Assembly: GCA_040377305.1 (NCBI GenBank)
Contig: JBEIPA010000002.1
Coordinates: 194,272-258,271, forward strand
From: Flavobacteriales bacterium
GTDB lineage: Bacteria; Bacteroidota; Bacteroidia; Palsa-965
Length of the DNA stretch: 64,000 bases
Direction: 5' to 3'
Shown here piece after piece: positions 1 to 9,547 of this stretch. Positions within the stretch are counted from its first letter, which is position 1. The number at the start of each line of letters is the position of its first letter. A program made the position numbers and the translations under genes. The notes below the pieces were generated by a model. It did no database searches, had not been told where the DNA came from, and was given only the letters and a program-made list of their open reading frames with translations.

Positions 1-778
1 TCGCCAACTCGTATTGCCTGGTGTGCATCAATGTGCTTCCAAGGTTATTATAACAAGTAATCAAACGACTGGTGTCTTTCATCGCTTCGAAAATTCCCAA
101 AGCCTTCAGTTGGTACTGGTAGGCAGAATCCCACAACTCCATATTGCTATAATACAATCCGATATTATCTGTAGTAAGTGCAATGCCGCCTGTGTCATTC
201 AACTTTGTGTAGAACATCAAGGCCTCCTGTGTTCGCTCAATGGCTTTATCAAAGTCAGTAGTGTAGAAATAGACCAATGCCCACTGCGAATGTAGTATTG
301 CCAACGTCGATGTATCACCAATGGATTTCGCGAGTTCAATTCCTGCGAGAAAAACAGCCGTTGCCTCGTCGTACAATCCAACACGCGTAAGCAGGACGCC
401 TTTTGCACTGAGAACTTCACCTTCCCATTCCTTCAGGCCCACATTGTGCGCAACAACAAGTGCCGAATCGATCTGCATCATTGCCGAATCGTTTTCGCCA
501 TCGAACCGATACTGCCGGTTCAGATTCATGCGCTCCTGAATTTCGGCAGTGTCAATTTCGTGCTCAATGCTCAGGCGAATTGCCGCTTTTAGAAGTTGTA
601 CACATAATGCCGGATCAGTTTTGCGCAGACTGTACGCGACTGAATCCACAGCATCAATCTGCTGTTTTGGAGAAAGACCCTGAATGATGGCAGCGTACTC
701 CTTTGGAAGCGATTGCGCAAAACACTCCACCGAAAAAATCAGGGAAACAAAGAGTAAAAGGCAAAGAGAACGTTGCAT
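1..778 (-). CDS. Secreted/periplasmic TPR-repeat sensor protein, N-terminal part (runs off the left edge)
   Basis: Not in the ORF track because it has no stop in the window. Manual translation from ATG 778 gives MQRSLCLLLFVSLIFSVECFAQ (signal peptide) followed by TPR-like helices (TDNIGLYY, CYNNLGSTL). A TAACTTTG -7 box lies at 794-801. Confidence 0.8.
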   Translation of the reverse strand, partial: MQRSLCLLLFVSLIFSVECFAQSLPKEYAAIIQGLSPKQQIDAVDSVAYSLRKTDPALCVQLLKAAIRLSIEHEIDTAEIQERMNLNRQYRFDGENDSAMMQIDSALVVAHNVGLKEWEGEVLSAKGVLLTRVGLYDEATAVFLAGIELAKSIGDTSTLAILHSQWALVYFYTTDFDKAIERTQEALMFYTKLNDTGGIALTTDNIGLYYSNMELWDSAYQYQLKALGIFEAMKDTSRLITCYNNLGSTLMHTRQYELA

Positions 779-876
779 AATGGGTTTGATAAGCAAAGTT
801 ACAATTTACTCAGGTGCTGAAAACAGGATCTCAATTGCTGGTAAATTGTAGTTTTGCACGATACAATTTCAAATCA

Positions 877-1938
877 ATGAGCAAACCAATTATTTCAGGC
901 ATTCAACAGGTGGGAATCGGAATTCCGGATGTACACGCTGCATTCAAGTGGTACCGACAGAATTTTGGAATGGACGTTCCTGTTTTTGAAGAAGCTGCAG
1001 AAGCAAATCTGATGCTTCCTTATACAGGAGGCAAACCACATAAGCGTCACGCAATTCTTGCGGTGAACATGAAAGGTGGGGGAGGATTCGAGATCTGGCA
1101 GTATACGAGCCGCGTTCCGGTTCCGGTTGCATTTGAAATTCAATTGGGCGACATCGGACACTTTGTTACGCGAATGAAGTCTGATAATGTTGAGGCTTCC
1201 TACAATTTTCTGAAAAGCAAAAAAGCGGATATACTTGGCGGGTTGACAAAATCTCCGGATGGACACTCGAATTTCTTTGTGCGCGATCCGTGGGGAAATA
1301 TTTTCGAAGTTGTTCCGGGTGAAGAATGGTTTGGAAAAGGAAAACAACACACCGGTGGACCTGCAGGTGCATTGCTCGGTGTAACTGATATTGAGAAATC
1401 GAAAAAATTCTATTCCGACATTCTTGGCTACGATACAGTTATCTACGACAAGACCGGAAAGTTTGACGACCTGAAAAATCTTCCGGGAGGAGATGTTGAA
1501 TGTCGCCGCGTGTTGTTGAAACATTCAAAGCCACGTGCGGGCGCATTCTCCCGTTTGTTAGGTGCGAGTCAAATTGAGTTGGTGCAGGTCCTGAACAAAC
1601 CACTTCGCAAAATTTTCGAAGGACGCTGGTGGGGCGATCGCGGATTCATTCACCTGTGTTTCGATATCATCGGCATGAAAGAGATGAAAGAACTTTGTGC
1701 CGTGAAAGGACATCCATTCACCGTTGATAGTGGAAATCAATTCGACATGGGTGAAGCTGCAGGACATTTCAGTTACATTGAAGATCCGGATGGAACGCTC
1801 ATTGAATTTGTTGAGACGCACAAAGTTCCCATCCTGAAAAAAATCGGATGGTATCTTGATCTGAGAAAACGTGATGCTTCGAAACCTTTGCCGAATTGGA
1901 TGGTGAAGAGTATGGGGATGAATAGAGTTAGTGATTAA
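877..1938 (+). CDS. VOC/glyoxalase family protein (two VOC domains)
   Basis: Motifs IQQVGIGIPD, FFVRDPWGNIFE, HLCFD and YIEDPDGTLIEF. ATG 877 is preferred over 814 because a TAGTTTTG -7 box lies at 849-856. Confidence 0.85.
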   Translation: MSKPIISGIQQVGIGIPDVHAAFKWYRQNFGMDVPVFEEAAEANLMLPYTGGKPHKRHAILAVNMKGGGGFEIWQYTSRVPVPVAFEIQLGDIGHFVTRMKSDNVEASYNFLKSKKADILGGLTKSPDGHSNFFVRDPWGNIFEVVPGEEWFGKGKQHTGGPAGALLGVTDIEKSKKFYSDILGYDTVIYDKTGKFDDLKNLPGGDVECRRVLLKHSKPRAGAFSRLLGASQIELVQVLNKPLRKIFEGRWWGDRGFIHLCFDIIGMKEMKELCAVKGHPFTVDSGNQFDMGEAAGHFSYIEDPDGTLIEFVETHKVPILKKIGWYLDLRKRDASKPLPNWMVKSMGMNRVSD

Positions 1939-2028
1939 GCAGTCGGCAGTTGGGCAGTAGTGCAGTTGGCAGTCAGCCGCGTGAAATAATGTGCCGATAT
2001 GCCGATTGTGTTAGGTGCTGGCTGCGGA

Positions 2029-3396
2029 TCAATTCTTCGAGCGTAGCATCTGCATATCCTGAGTGATTCCCGCACGTAGAACAACTGCACGTTCAATGTC
2101 AGCCCGATTCTTTTTGAATGCGCGAATGAGGCTTGTTCTTCCCTTCGATTTTTTCATGCGCACCCAATACTCCTGTGCAATGACGCCACTGATCGGCATG
2201 AGAATCATGAATCCGGCGAGTATCCACCAATCGCGGAAGATGAGTGCTACCGCAAGGCTTTCGAGTCCAAAGAAAATCTGCCACAGAAATACACTTATGG
2301 TTCCGTTCACTGATGCGTGCCATTCAATGTGCTTCACAATTTTTTGCGCAATGAGGTACGGAATTTTGTAGGGAAGGTAATTCGTGATTACACCAAAAAT
2401 CCACAGCGGAAACAGGAAGAAGAAATAGGCAAAATCTTTCAGCAGAGAACCAGCACCCATTCCTTCAATGTTCTTTGGACGAAGTAACCAATCGCGAAGT
2501 TTATATTTTTCCAAAAGCGTTTTATACTCCACGACATCTTCTTTCAGCGAATGCACAACCTCCGGATTATTATTGGTGGTAACATTGATGATTTCAGCAA
2601 TTTCTTTCGAGACAACGTGCGTGTCCTTGTGATTCTTCACATCCAACTTCTTCTCTTCGCACCACTCTTCCAGAAACATCTCCTCCAGAATATTTACAAG
2701 CTCATCGTTCTCCTTGTGCTCAATGATGACCAACGTTTTTCTCATCCGCTCTTCGAGTTCGCGGGTAAAAACATTCATTGCACGTGGTTTGTCCTGCTGA
2801 TAAAGTTCTTTGTATTTCGAAAGGGAAAAAGGTTCTCCGTATTCTATGTACAATCCGCTGCGGAATTTCCAGGGCGTTTTGGAATAGTTAATGCCAACCG
2901 GAATTATGGTAAGATCAAGATCAAAGTTGTTTCTCTCTTCAGAACCAAATGCAATCCGAGCTGTGCCCTTTTTTAGTTTTCTCAAGCGACGTTCCTGAAT
3001 GCAGAGTCCTTCTGAGAAAATGATGATTGCTTTTTTCTCTTCGAGCATTTTACTGCACTTGTCGAATGTCTCGTCGTTCTTCTGAAGGTTTTCTGCACCC
3101 TCGAGCAAACGGTAAATCGGGATGATGCCGATGAACGTCAGAAAATTGGCCAGCCATTTTTTGCGGAACACATCTGAACGCGCGAGAAACCAGGTTCTAC
3201 GTGTTACAGCAGAGCCCACCATGATTGCATCCATGAATGCATTCGGGTGATTCGAACAGAATATTACCGGTTTGTCAGTCGGAATTCGTTCAATTCCACT
3301 CGTGTGCTTTTTACGATTAAAGTTGTAGAAATATCCCAGCCAGACATTGAATGAATGCCACAAGTATGTGTAGAAAAGAGAACCCAGAAATCGCAC
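2029..3396 (-). CDS. PlsC-family acyltransferase with C-terminal membrane region
   Basis: NHPNAFMD (HX4D), FSEG and KKGTARIA acyltransferase motifs; hydrophobic C-terminal helices. Confidence 0.85.
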   Translation of the reverse strand: MRFLGSLFYTYLWHSFNVWLGYFYNFNRKKHTSGIERIPTDKPVIFCSNHPNAFMDAIMVGSAVTRRTWFLARSDVFRKKWLANFLTFIGIIPIYRLLEGAENLQKNDETFDKCSKMLEEKKAIIIFSEGLCIQERRLRKLKKGTARIAFGSEERNNFDLDLTIIPVGINYSKTPWKFRSGLYIEYGEPFSLSKYKELYQQDKPRAMNVFTRELEERMRKTLVIIEHKENDELVNILEEMFLEEWCEEKKLDVKNHKDTHVVSKEIAEIINVTTNNNPEVVHSLKEDVVEYKTLLEKYKLRDWLLRPKNIEGMGAGSLLKDFAYFFFLFPLWIFGVITNYLPYKIPYLIAQKIVKHIEWHASVNGTISVFLWQIFFGLESLAVALIFRDWWILAGFMILMPISGVIAQEYWVRMKKSKGRTSLIRAFKKNRADIERAVVLRAGITQDMQMLRSKN

Positions 3397-3484
3397 GCGG
3401 CAAAAGTACGGAAATAGAGATTAGTGGATTAGGGATTAGAAGGCAGGAGTTGTAAATTTGAGTTTAGACAATTACCCTGCCCAC

Positions 3485-6160
3485 ATGAGATTACTACTAC
3501 TTTTTCTGGCATTGAATTTCGCGACTCAGCTGAACGCGCAACGATTTATCCAAAATCATGAAACACGCGATGTGACATTCACTGAACTTCAGCGACAGTT
3601 CGCTGCGTGGAAAGACACAACTGATCTTACACAAACAAAAGGCTGGAAATTTTACAAGCGTTGGGAAATGGAAGTGCTCATGCACACCGATGGCAGTGGT
3701 GAACCGGGCGATCCCACAGAATATTTCCGGGCCGCGACAGCTGAAGCAACACATCGTCAGCCTGCAGGAAATGAAGTTCAGTTTAACGCATGGTATCCTG
3801 TTGGTCCGGATTATGTGCCGAACAATCTCACCGGTTATATGGAGAACGGAATCGGAAGGATCAACTGCATTGCATTTCATCCGACCGACGTGAACACCTA
3901 TTACGTTGGAGTTGCGCAAGGTGGCATGTGGAAAACAACCAACAACGGTACTAGCTGGACTCCCCTCACCGATCAGCTTCCGATTACGCGCATAAGCGAC
4001 ATTGCACTTGATCCCAATGATCCGGATAGCACGATGTACATTTCGGTGTGCGATTTCGCGTACATAGGCGTTGGATTGGATCTCAACGGACGTAAACGCC
4101 ACACGCATTATGGAGTTGGTGTGTTCAAGACAACTGATGCGGGTGCGACCTGGCAATCAACAGGACTATCGTTCTTGCTCACTGATGGTGATGGTTCACT
4201 CATCCGAAAAATTTATGTGAATCCGGCCAACAGCAATGAAGTTGTTGCGTGCGGCGTTACCGGAATGTATCGATCAACCGATGCCGGGCAATCGTGGACG
4301 ATGGTGCAAGCTGGATTATTCTGGGACATGATTCAGGATCCAACAACACCGTCGACGTTATACGGTGCTACAGGTTGGGTAATGAATGCAAACGCCGGAG
4401 CAACCGGAATTTATAAGTCAACAAATTTCGGTCAGACGTGGACCGCATTGAACACAGGAATGCCGGGAACAGGAACAGTGCAACGCGTTAAGCTGGCGAT
4501 TGCCCCTTCCGATCCGAACTACATTTATGCAATCACGACTGATGTCTTCAGCGGACTGCATGGTATTTACAAAACCACGAATGCAGGTGCTAATTGGAAT
4601 TTCATTTCTCCTGCATTGAATATTCTTGAATACGATGATGGCTTCAACCAGGGTGGTCAGGGAAATTACGACCTCGCGGCAGTAGTGAGTGCAACTAATC
4701 GCGATGTGATTTACGTGGGTGGAGTAAACCTTTGGGGTTCTGCCGACGGTGGAGTGACGTTCGAACCAGCAAGTCACTGGACGTTGAATTTCGGACCGAC
4801 GATACACGCCGACATTCATTACCTCGCGCAACAACCGGTGAGCGGAAATTATTTCGTGTGTAATGATGGTGGAGTTTACAGAACCAGCACGATTCAGACA
4901 CAAAGCTGGAATGCTGCAAACGGAGGAAATCCCTGGCCGACAAACTGGTTGAACATCAGCAATGGCATGCAGGTGACTTCATTCTACCGTTTATCAAGTT
5001 CAAGAAATGCGGCAGATCGTCTCATCGCAGGTGCGCAGGACAATGCATCCTTCTATTTCGATAATGGTGTGTGGAGCACGGTTTACGGCGGAGATGGAAT
5101 GGATAATTATCTTGATCCTTTGGATGATGATATGATATTCGCATCAAGCCAGTATGGAAATTTTGCGAATTCAAATGACGATGGAGCGAGTTTTGGGTGG
5201 ATGAATGCCAACGTTAATAACGAAGCCGGTGAGTGGGTTTCTCCTATCGTTGCAGATTACAATAATCCCGGCACCATTTACATTGGATTCGAAAACGTAG
5301 TACGTTCAACCAATAACGGAAACACATGGAATGCAATTTCCAATTTTTCGTTCCAGAATCAGTCTGTTGAAATATGTGCGCTCGCTGTTTCGAATTCGAA
5401 TTCACAAGCACTGTTGGCAGCTAAACGTGTTCGCTACGAAGCCAATGAACCTGCGCGCTTGTACAAGACCGTGAACGGTGGTGGATTGTGGACCGACATC
5501 ACACCCGGATTGCCAGATTCACTTTATTACACAGGAGTTGAATTCGATGAGACCACACACAACACAATTTATGTTTGTATGGCTGGGTTCTCTTCCGGCA
5601 ATAAAGTTTTTCGAAGCACTAACGGCGGAACAACGTGGCAGAATATTTCATTCAACCTTCCGAACATTCCTGTGAATTGTATCAAGTACATTCCGGGAGG
5701 AAGTGGTGATGTGATGATCGCAACCGACCTTGGAATATATCTATTGCAATCATCCAGCTCAACCTGGGTGAATCAAAGTCTCGGATTGCCGAACGTTATC
5801 TGTAGTGATATTGATTTCAATGTTCCGCTCAACAAAATTTACGTGAGCACATTCGGGCGCGGCATTTGGGCGACCGATCTTGATGTGTTTACCGGGACGC
5901 TCACCACAACAACTTCGGCTGTGACGATGAATTTGTTTCCATCGCCGAACAATGGAAGTTTCACTTTAGAAATGAATGGTGAAGCCGCAACTGATTTGTA
6001 CTCACTTGAAATCCGAGATGTGATGGGCAAGATTGTTCACACGCAATCGTTGCAAGGAAGCAACCGGTATAATGTGCAATTCACTGCTGCGCCGGGAATG
6101 TATTATGCGCACATACGCGGGAAGAGTTATTCAGGGGTGAAGAGTTTTGTGGTGAATTGA
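3485..6160 (+). CDS. BNR/Asp-box (VPS10/YCF48-like) beta-propeller protein with T9SS C-terminal sorting domain
   Basis: Repeated S/T-T-D/N-x-G-x-T/S-W Asp boxes; C-terminal LFPSPNNGSF...GMYYAHI...KSFVVN; signal peptide from ATG 3485; -7 box TAAATTTG at 3453-3460. Confidence 0.85.
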   Translation: MRLLLLFLALNFATQLNAQRFIQNHETRDVTFTELQRQFAAWKDTTDLTQTKGWKFYKRWEMEVLMHTDGSGEPGDPTEYFRAATAEATHRQPAGNEVQFNAWYPVGPDYVPNNLTGYMENGIGRINCIAFHPTDVNTYYVGVAQGGMWKTTNNGTSWTPLTDQLPITRISDIALDPNDPDSTMYISVCDFAYIGVGLDLNGRKRHTHYGVGVFKTTDAGATWQSTGLSFLLTDGDGSLIRKIYVNPANSNEVVACGVTGMYRSTDAGQSWTMVQAGLFWDMIQDPTTPSTLYGATGWVMNANAGATGIYKSTNFGQTWTALNTGMPGTGTVQRVKLAIAPSDPNYIYAITTDVFSGLHGIYKTTNAGANWNFISPALNILEYDDGFNQGGQGNYDLAAVVSATNRDVIYVGGVNLWGSADGGVTFEPASHWTLNFGPTIHADIHYLAQQPVSGNYFVCNDGGVYRTSTIQTQSWNAANGGNPWPTNWLNISNGMQVTSFYRLSSSRNAADRLIAGAQDNASFYFDNGVWSTVYGGDGMDNYLDPLDDDMIFASSQYGNFANSNDDGASFGWMNANVNNEAGEWVSPIVADYNNPGTIYIGFENVVRSTNNGNTWNAISNFSFQNQSVEICALAVSNSNSQALLAAKRVRYEANEPARLYKTVNGGGLWTDITPGLPDSLYYTGVEFDETTHNTIYVCMAGFSSGNKVFRSTNGGTTWQNISFNLPNIPVNCIKYIPGGSGDVMIATDLGIYLLQSSSSTWVNQSLGLPNVICSDIDFNVPLNKIYVSTFGRGIWATDLDVFTGTLTTTTSAVTMNLFPSPNNGSFTLEMNGEAATDLYSLEIRDVMGKIVHTQSLQGSNRYNVQFTAAPGMYYAHIRGKSYSGVKSFVVN

Positions 6161-6241
6161 TGATGTTGGTAAAGCGCCGGTTCGGAGAGGTTGGTGAATT
6201 TTTGTGGAGTAAATAAACTAGTTACCGGTAATTCGACCCTC

Positions 6242-6601
6242 GTGAGAACACTACTCTTTTTTGTGCTGATATACTCGATGAATTCTTGTGCTGAAAAGCA
6301 GAATTCCAATTTTCTAATTGGGAGTTGGAAGCTGCGAGATGTAGTGAATAATACTGGACAGAACGTTTCCGATAAGATGACTTTTTTCGAAAATGATTCG
6401 ATCTCAATCGAGATATTGCAGGATGGAAAAGTCATCGAACAGTATTCAGGTAAATTCCAATTAGACACTGTTCGAAACGAGCTTACAGCGATTTATCGGG
6501 ACAGTATTGCAACAACATTTCAAATTGAGCTTCTGTCGGAATCTGAACTCGAGCTTTATAATCCCAATACAAAAAGAGTAGACCGCTACCTGAAATATTG
6601 A
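6242..6601 (+). CDS. Lipocalin-like lipoprotein (gene cassette 1)
   Basis: GTG 6242 gives MRTLLFFVLIYSMNSC (lipobox-like Cys) and a LIGSWKL lipocalin-like GxW motif. The start lies just inside the proposed cassette boundary at 6221. Confidence 0.7.
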   Translation: MRTLLFFVLIYSMNSCAEKQNSNFLIGSWKLRDVVNNTGQNVSDKMTFFENDSISIEILQDGKVIEQYSGKFQLDTVRNELTAIYRDSIATTFQIELLSESELELYNPNTKRVDRYLKY

Positions 6602-6603
6602 AC

Positions 6604-6693
6604 TACCGGTAACAGCGCATTGGCTCCACGCGCTTTTCAAGTATATTTATCAGAAGGAAAAGCGCGCGGAGCCAATCCGCAAAACGTTAGTAG
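6604..6693 (+). repeat. attC-like palindromic site 1
   Basis: TACCGGTAAC (6604-6613), then a 20-bp stem 6619-6638/6657-6676 with one mismatch, then GTTAGTAG (6686-6693). Confidence 0.7.
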
Positions 6694-6701
6694 CAATAAC
6701 C

Positions 6702-7508
6702 ATGAGTAGGGTTCTTCTATTCTTATTATTCATATGTTCAAGTCGAATGGCTTGTGGTTCCAATCCATTCTGGGTACGATTGGATAAGAAGTTGATTTCT
6801 CAAGTAGTGAAACTTGACAAGAACAATCCAGTTGAAGTAGAATCTTTTTACAGGCATCGTACCCGAGATACTACCAAACAAAATCTTGGTTTCGGATGGC
6901 ATATGTGGGAGACAAGGATTGGAGGCGGTTACATCAGTATTGCTGCGTGCTTCTACTACTTTAATGACACTATTGCGAGTTATTCTCTCTCGCCACAAAT
7001 GCCTGACGAAGGCAATCTTGTCGTCAAGTATTCAGAATGGTACGCACCATCCTTCAAAGTTGATTCCAATAGAGTAACACCGTTCGAATACAATATGAAA
7101 CGCATTATCTCACCACTTGACAAATATGCTGGCGACTTAGCACCCGATTCAGTTCCAATGAATATTCGGGAATATATGTCGCCAAGCTCAGGAATCATGT
7201 ATGGATACCGTGGCGGTTATGGCATGTCATTACTGCAAAATCGAGCCGAATTCATGTCGCTGAATGAAAAACTAACTACAGATCAAGTTGTGATTATGAT
7301 GTATTCGATTAATCCAGCCAGTAGATTTACTGCCATAGAATATTACATAACAAATAAGTCTCAGTTCACGGATACACTCAAGATCGATCAATGGATTAAT
7401 ATTTGTTTTGCTGAACTCCCAGAGGTCACCACTTTAATGGGCTGCTTTGTTACAAAAATGGATTCACGCTCGCTGGTTTACTTACTCGTTGGAATAAAAC
7501 CCTACTAA
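6702..7508 (+). CDS. Hypothetical secreted protein (gene cassette 2)
   Basis: 268-aa ORF with a hydrophobic N-terminus, AT-richer than the flanks, bounded by attC-like sites. Confidence 0.7.
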   Translation: MSRVLLFLLFICSSRMACGSNPFWVRLDKKLISQVVKLDKNNPVEVESFYRHRTRDTTKQNLGFGWHMWETRIGGGYISIAACFYYFNDTIASYSLSPQMPDEGNLVVKYSEWYAPSFKVDSNRVTPFEYNMKRIISPLDKYAGDLAPDSVPMNIREYMSPSSGIMYGYRGGYGMSLLQNRAEFMSLNEKLTTDQVVIMMYSINPASRFTAIEYYITNKSQFTDTLKIDQWINICFAELPEVTTLMGCFVTKMDSRSLVYLLVGIKPY

Positions 7509-7585
7509 CTACCAACGCTAACAGCAAATTGGCACAACTCGCTTTCCTCGCATATTTATTAGAGAAAAAGCGCGGATTGCAACCC
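7502..7585 (+). repeat. attC-like site 2 (right arm degenerate/truncated)
   Basis: 7519-7574 matches 6610-6666 at 45 of 57 aligned positions; the closing GTT is absent. Confidence 0.6.
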
Positions 7586-7586
7586 A

Positions 7587-8054
7587 TTACCACGTCGTAA
7601 ACGGCCTCAACACCAAATTAGCGTTCGTGTATTGCTTTTCTGTCGTGACGTTGCGATCAATCCAATCGGGCAACAGATACTTCTCATCGATACTGCTCAA
7701 TTCAATTTCAGCGACAATTAATCCGGAATTTAATCCGTGAAACTCATCCACTTCCCAGGTGTGTTCACCGTGTTGCACGTAGTGGCGTGTCTTTACAATG
7801 TCCTCGGAACAGAATTCTGCCAACATTTCTTCGGCATCTGAAAGCGGAATCTCGTATTCGAACTCAAGACGTGATGCGTTGGTCGATTTTCCTTTGATGG
7901 TTACGTATCCTTGATCCCCCATGACGCGAACGCGTACGGAACTCACAGGTGTTGCAGCTATGTATCCTTGCTTAACGGGCTTACTGTAATCCGGAACAAT
8001 CTGTTTCCATAGATCAGTTTTGACAAGATACTTGTGTTCGATTTCGGTGGGCAT
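7587..8054 (-). CDS. CYTH domain protein
   Basis: EIEHKYLV, RVRV, EFEYEIP, WEVDEF and AEIEL motifs. Confidence 0.9.
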   Translation of the reverse strand: MPTEIEHKYLVKTDLWKQIVPDYSKPVKQGYIAATPVSSVRVRVMGDQGYVTIKGKSTNASRLEFEYEIPLSDAEEMLAEFCSEDIVKTRHYVQHGEHTWEVDEFHGLNSGLIVAEIELSSIDEKYLLPDWIDRNVTTEKQYTNANLVLRPFTTW

Positions 8055-8122
8055 AGATGTTGCTTGTTTTTCAAGACGATTTATAACTGCTTGCGTTGGA
8101 TGTTAATCTATACGCGGGTTAA

Positions 8123-8200
8123 TCCCGATAGCTATCGGGACCACGTAGCTCATGTCCTTTTGGGGCTACCTCGCATTTATCCGCGCGATAAATCGCACGG
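8123..8200. repeat. Cluster of intergenic REP-like palindromes
   Basis: Perfect 18-bp palindrome TCCCGATAGCTATCGGGA (8123-8140) followed by GTAGCTC..GGGCTAC and ATTTATC..GATAAAT hairpins. A degenerate copy lies at 61378-61394. Confidence 0.6.
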
Positions 8201-8215
8201 CTGTCAAATGCTCGG

Positions 8216-9547
8216 CTAGACACTAAACGTCATTCGCATTCCCGGCGTGAAATCTGAAATACGTCCGTGGTCGTAAGCGACATTTCCATTGACAAATGTT
8301 TTCATGACTTTCGCGTGAAACGTAGTTCCTTCGAACGGCGACCAACCACACTTGCTGAGCACGTTGTCTTTAGTAACTGTCCACGGAGAATCCAGATCAA
8401 CCAACACGAGATCGGCGTAATATCCTAAGCGAATGTAACCCCGTTTTTCGATACGGAATAAATCTGCCGGAGCGTGCGCCATCTTCTCCACTACTCTTTC
8501 GATGGTAATTTTTCCTTCACGCGCTTTTTCCAGCATGGCTACAAGTGCGTGCTGCACAAGCGGACCGCCAGAAGGAGCATCGAGGTAAGGTTTCTCTTTC
8601 TCTTCGATAGTATGCGGAGCGTGATCGGTTGCGATTACATCAATGCGGTTATCAAGAACCGCTTCCCAGATTGCTTCACGATCGCGTGGTTCTTTCACGG
8701 CAGGATTCCATTTGATGTAGTTGCCTTTGGTTATGTAATCCTCACTGGAAAACCAAAGATGATGTACACAAGCTTCTGCGGTGATCTTTTTATCCCTCAA
8801 CGGAATTGAGTTGTCGAACAAGTCAAGTTCCTCCGCAGTCGAGACATGGAAAATGTGTAAGCGCGTTCCGAATTTCTTCGCGCGTGCAATGGCTTTCGAG
8901 GATGAAGCGTAACATGCTTCACGGCTTCGGATGAGCGGATGTGTTTCAACCGGAACATTGTCGCCGTACTTTTCTTTGTACGCAGCCAGATTCTGTTTGA
9001 TCATCACGTCATCTTCTGCGTGAACAGCGATGAGCATTTTTACATTCGCGAAAATTTTATCGAGCTGTTCTTCACGGTCGACGAGCATGTCGCCTGTTGA
9101 CGAGCCAAGAAAAATCTTCACGCCGCATACTTTCCGCGGATCAAGTTTCAGTATTTCTTCGAGGTTATTATTCGTAGTTCCCATGAAGAACGAATAATTT
9201 GCCGGAGAAACTTCTGATGCGCGTTTGTATTTCCACTCCAGCAATTCGATTGTAGTTGCCGGTGGAGAAGTATTCGGCTGCTCCATGAATGAAGTAATTC
9301 CTCCGGCCACCGCAGCACGGGATTCAGAAGCAATGTCTGCTTTGTGTGTTAATCCCGGTTCGCGAAAATGAACCTGATCGTCGATGCACCCAGGCAGAAG
9401 ATACTTTCCGCTTGCGTCGATCTCGAGCAAACCTTCTGCAGGGAGATTTTGTCCGATTGCTGTAATTTTTCCGTCACGTATGGCAACATCACCTTCGAAC
9501 GTTTTTCCTTCGTTGACAATATTTGCGTTGCGGATCAAGTAGTTCAT
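8216..9547 (-). CDS. pyrC: Dihydroorotase
   Basis: DDQVHFREPG, VHAED, KWNPAVK, IATDHAPH and SKCGWSPFEG motifs. Confidence 0.92.
   Translation of the reverse strand: MNYLIRNANIVNEGKTFEGDVAIRDGKITAIGQNLPAEGLLEIDASGKYLLPGCIDDQVHFREPGLTHKADIASESRAAVAGGITSFMEQPNTSPPATTIELLEWKYKRASEVSPANYSFFMGTTNNNLEEILKLDPRKVCGVKIFLGSSTGDMLVDREEQLDKIFANVKMLIAVHAEDDVMIKQNLAAYKEKYGDNVPVETHPLIRSREACYASSSKAIARAKKFGTRLHIFHVSTAEELDLFDNSIPLRDKKITAEACVHHLWFSSEDYITKGNYIKWNPAVKEPRDREAIWEAVLDNRIDVIATDHAPHTIEEKEKPYLDAPSGGPLVQHALVAMLEKAREGKITIERVVEKMAHAPADLFRIEKRGYIRLGYYADLVLVDLDSPWTVTKDNVLSKCGWSPFEGTTFHAKVMKTFVNGNVAYDHGRISDFTPGMRMTFSV

Noticed and set aside
14-687. Short ORFs listed in the track at the left edge
   Set aside because: They are shadows of the open minus-strand TPR gene starting at 778 that runs off the window.
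6191-6241. Track start (TTG 6191) for the lipocalin ORF, and other extended starts (814, 3458, 10839, 53193, 59210, 63392)
   Set aside because: Downstream starts fit signal peptides, -7 boxes, upstream stops or the cassette boundary better.
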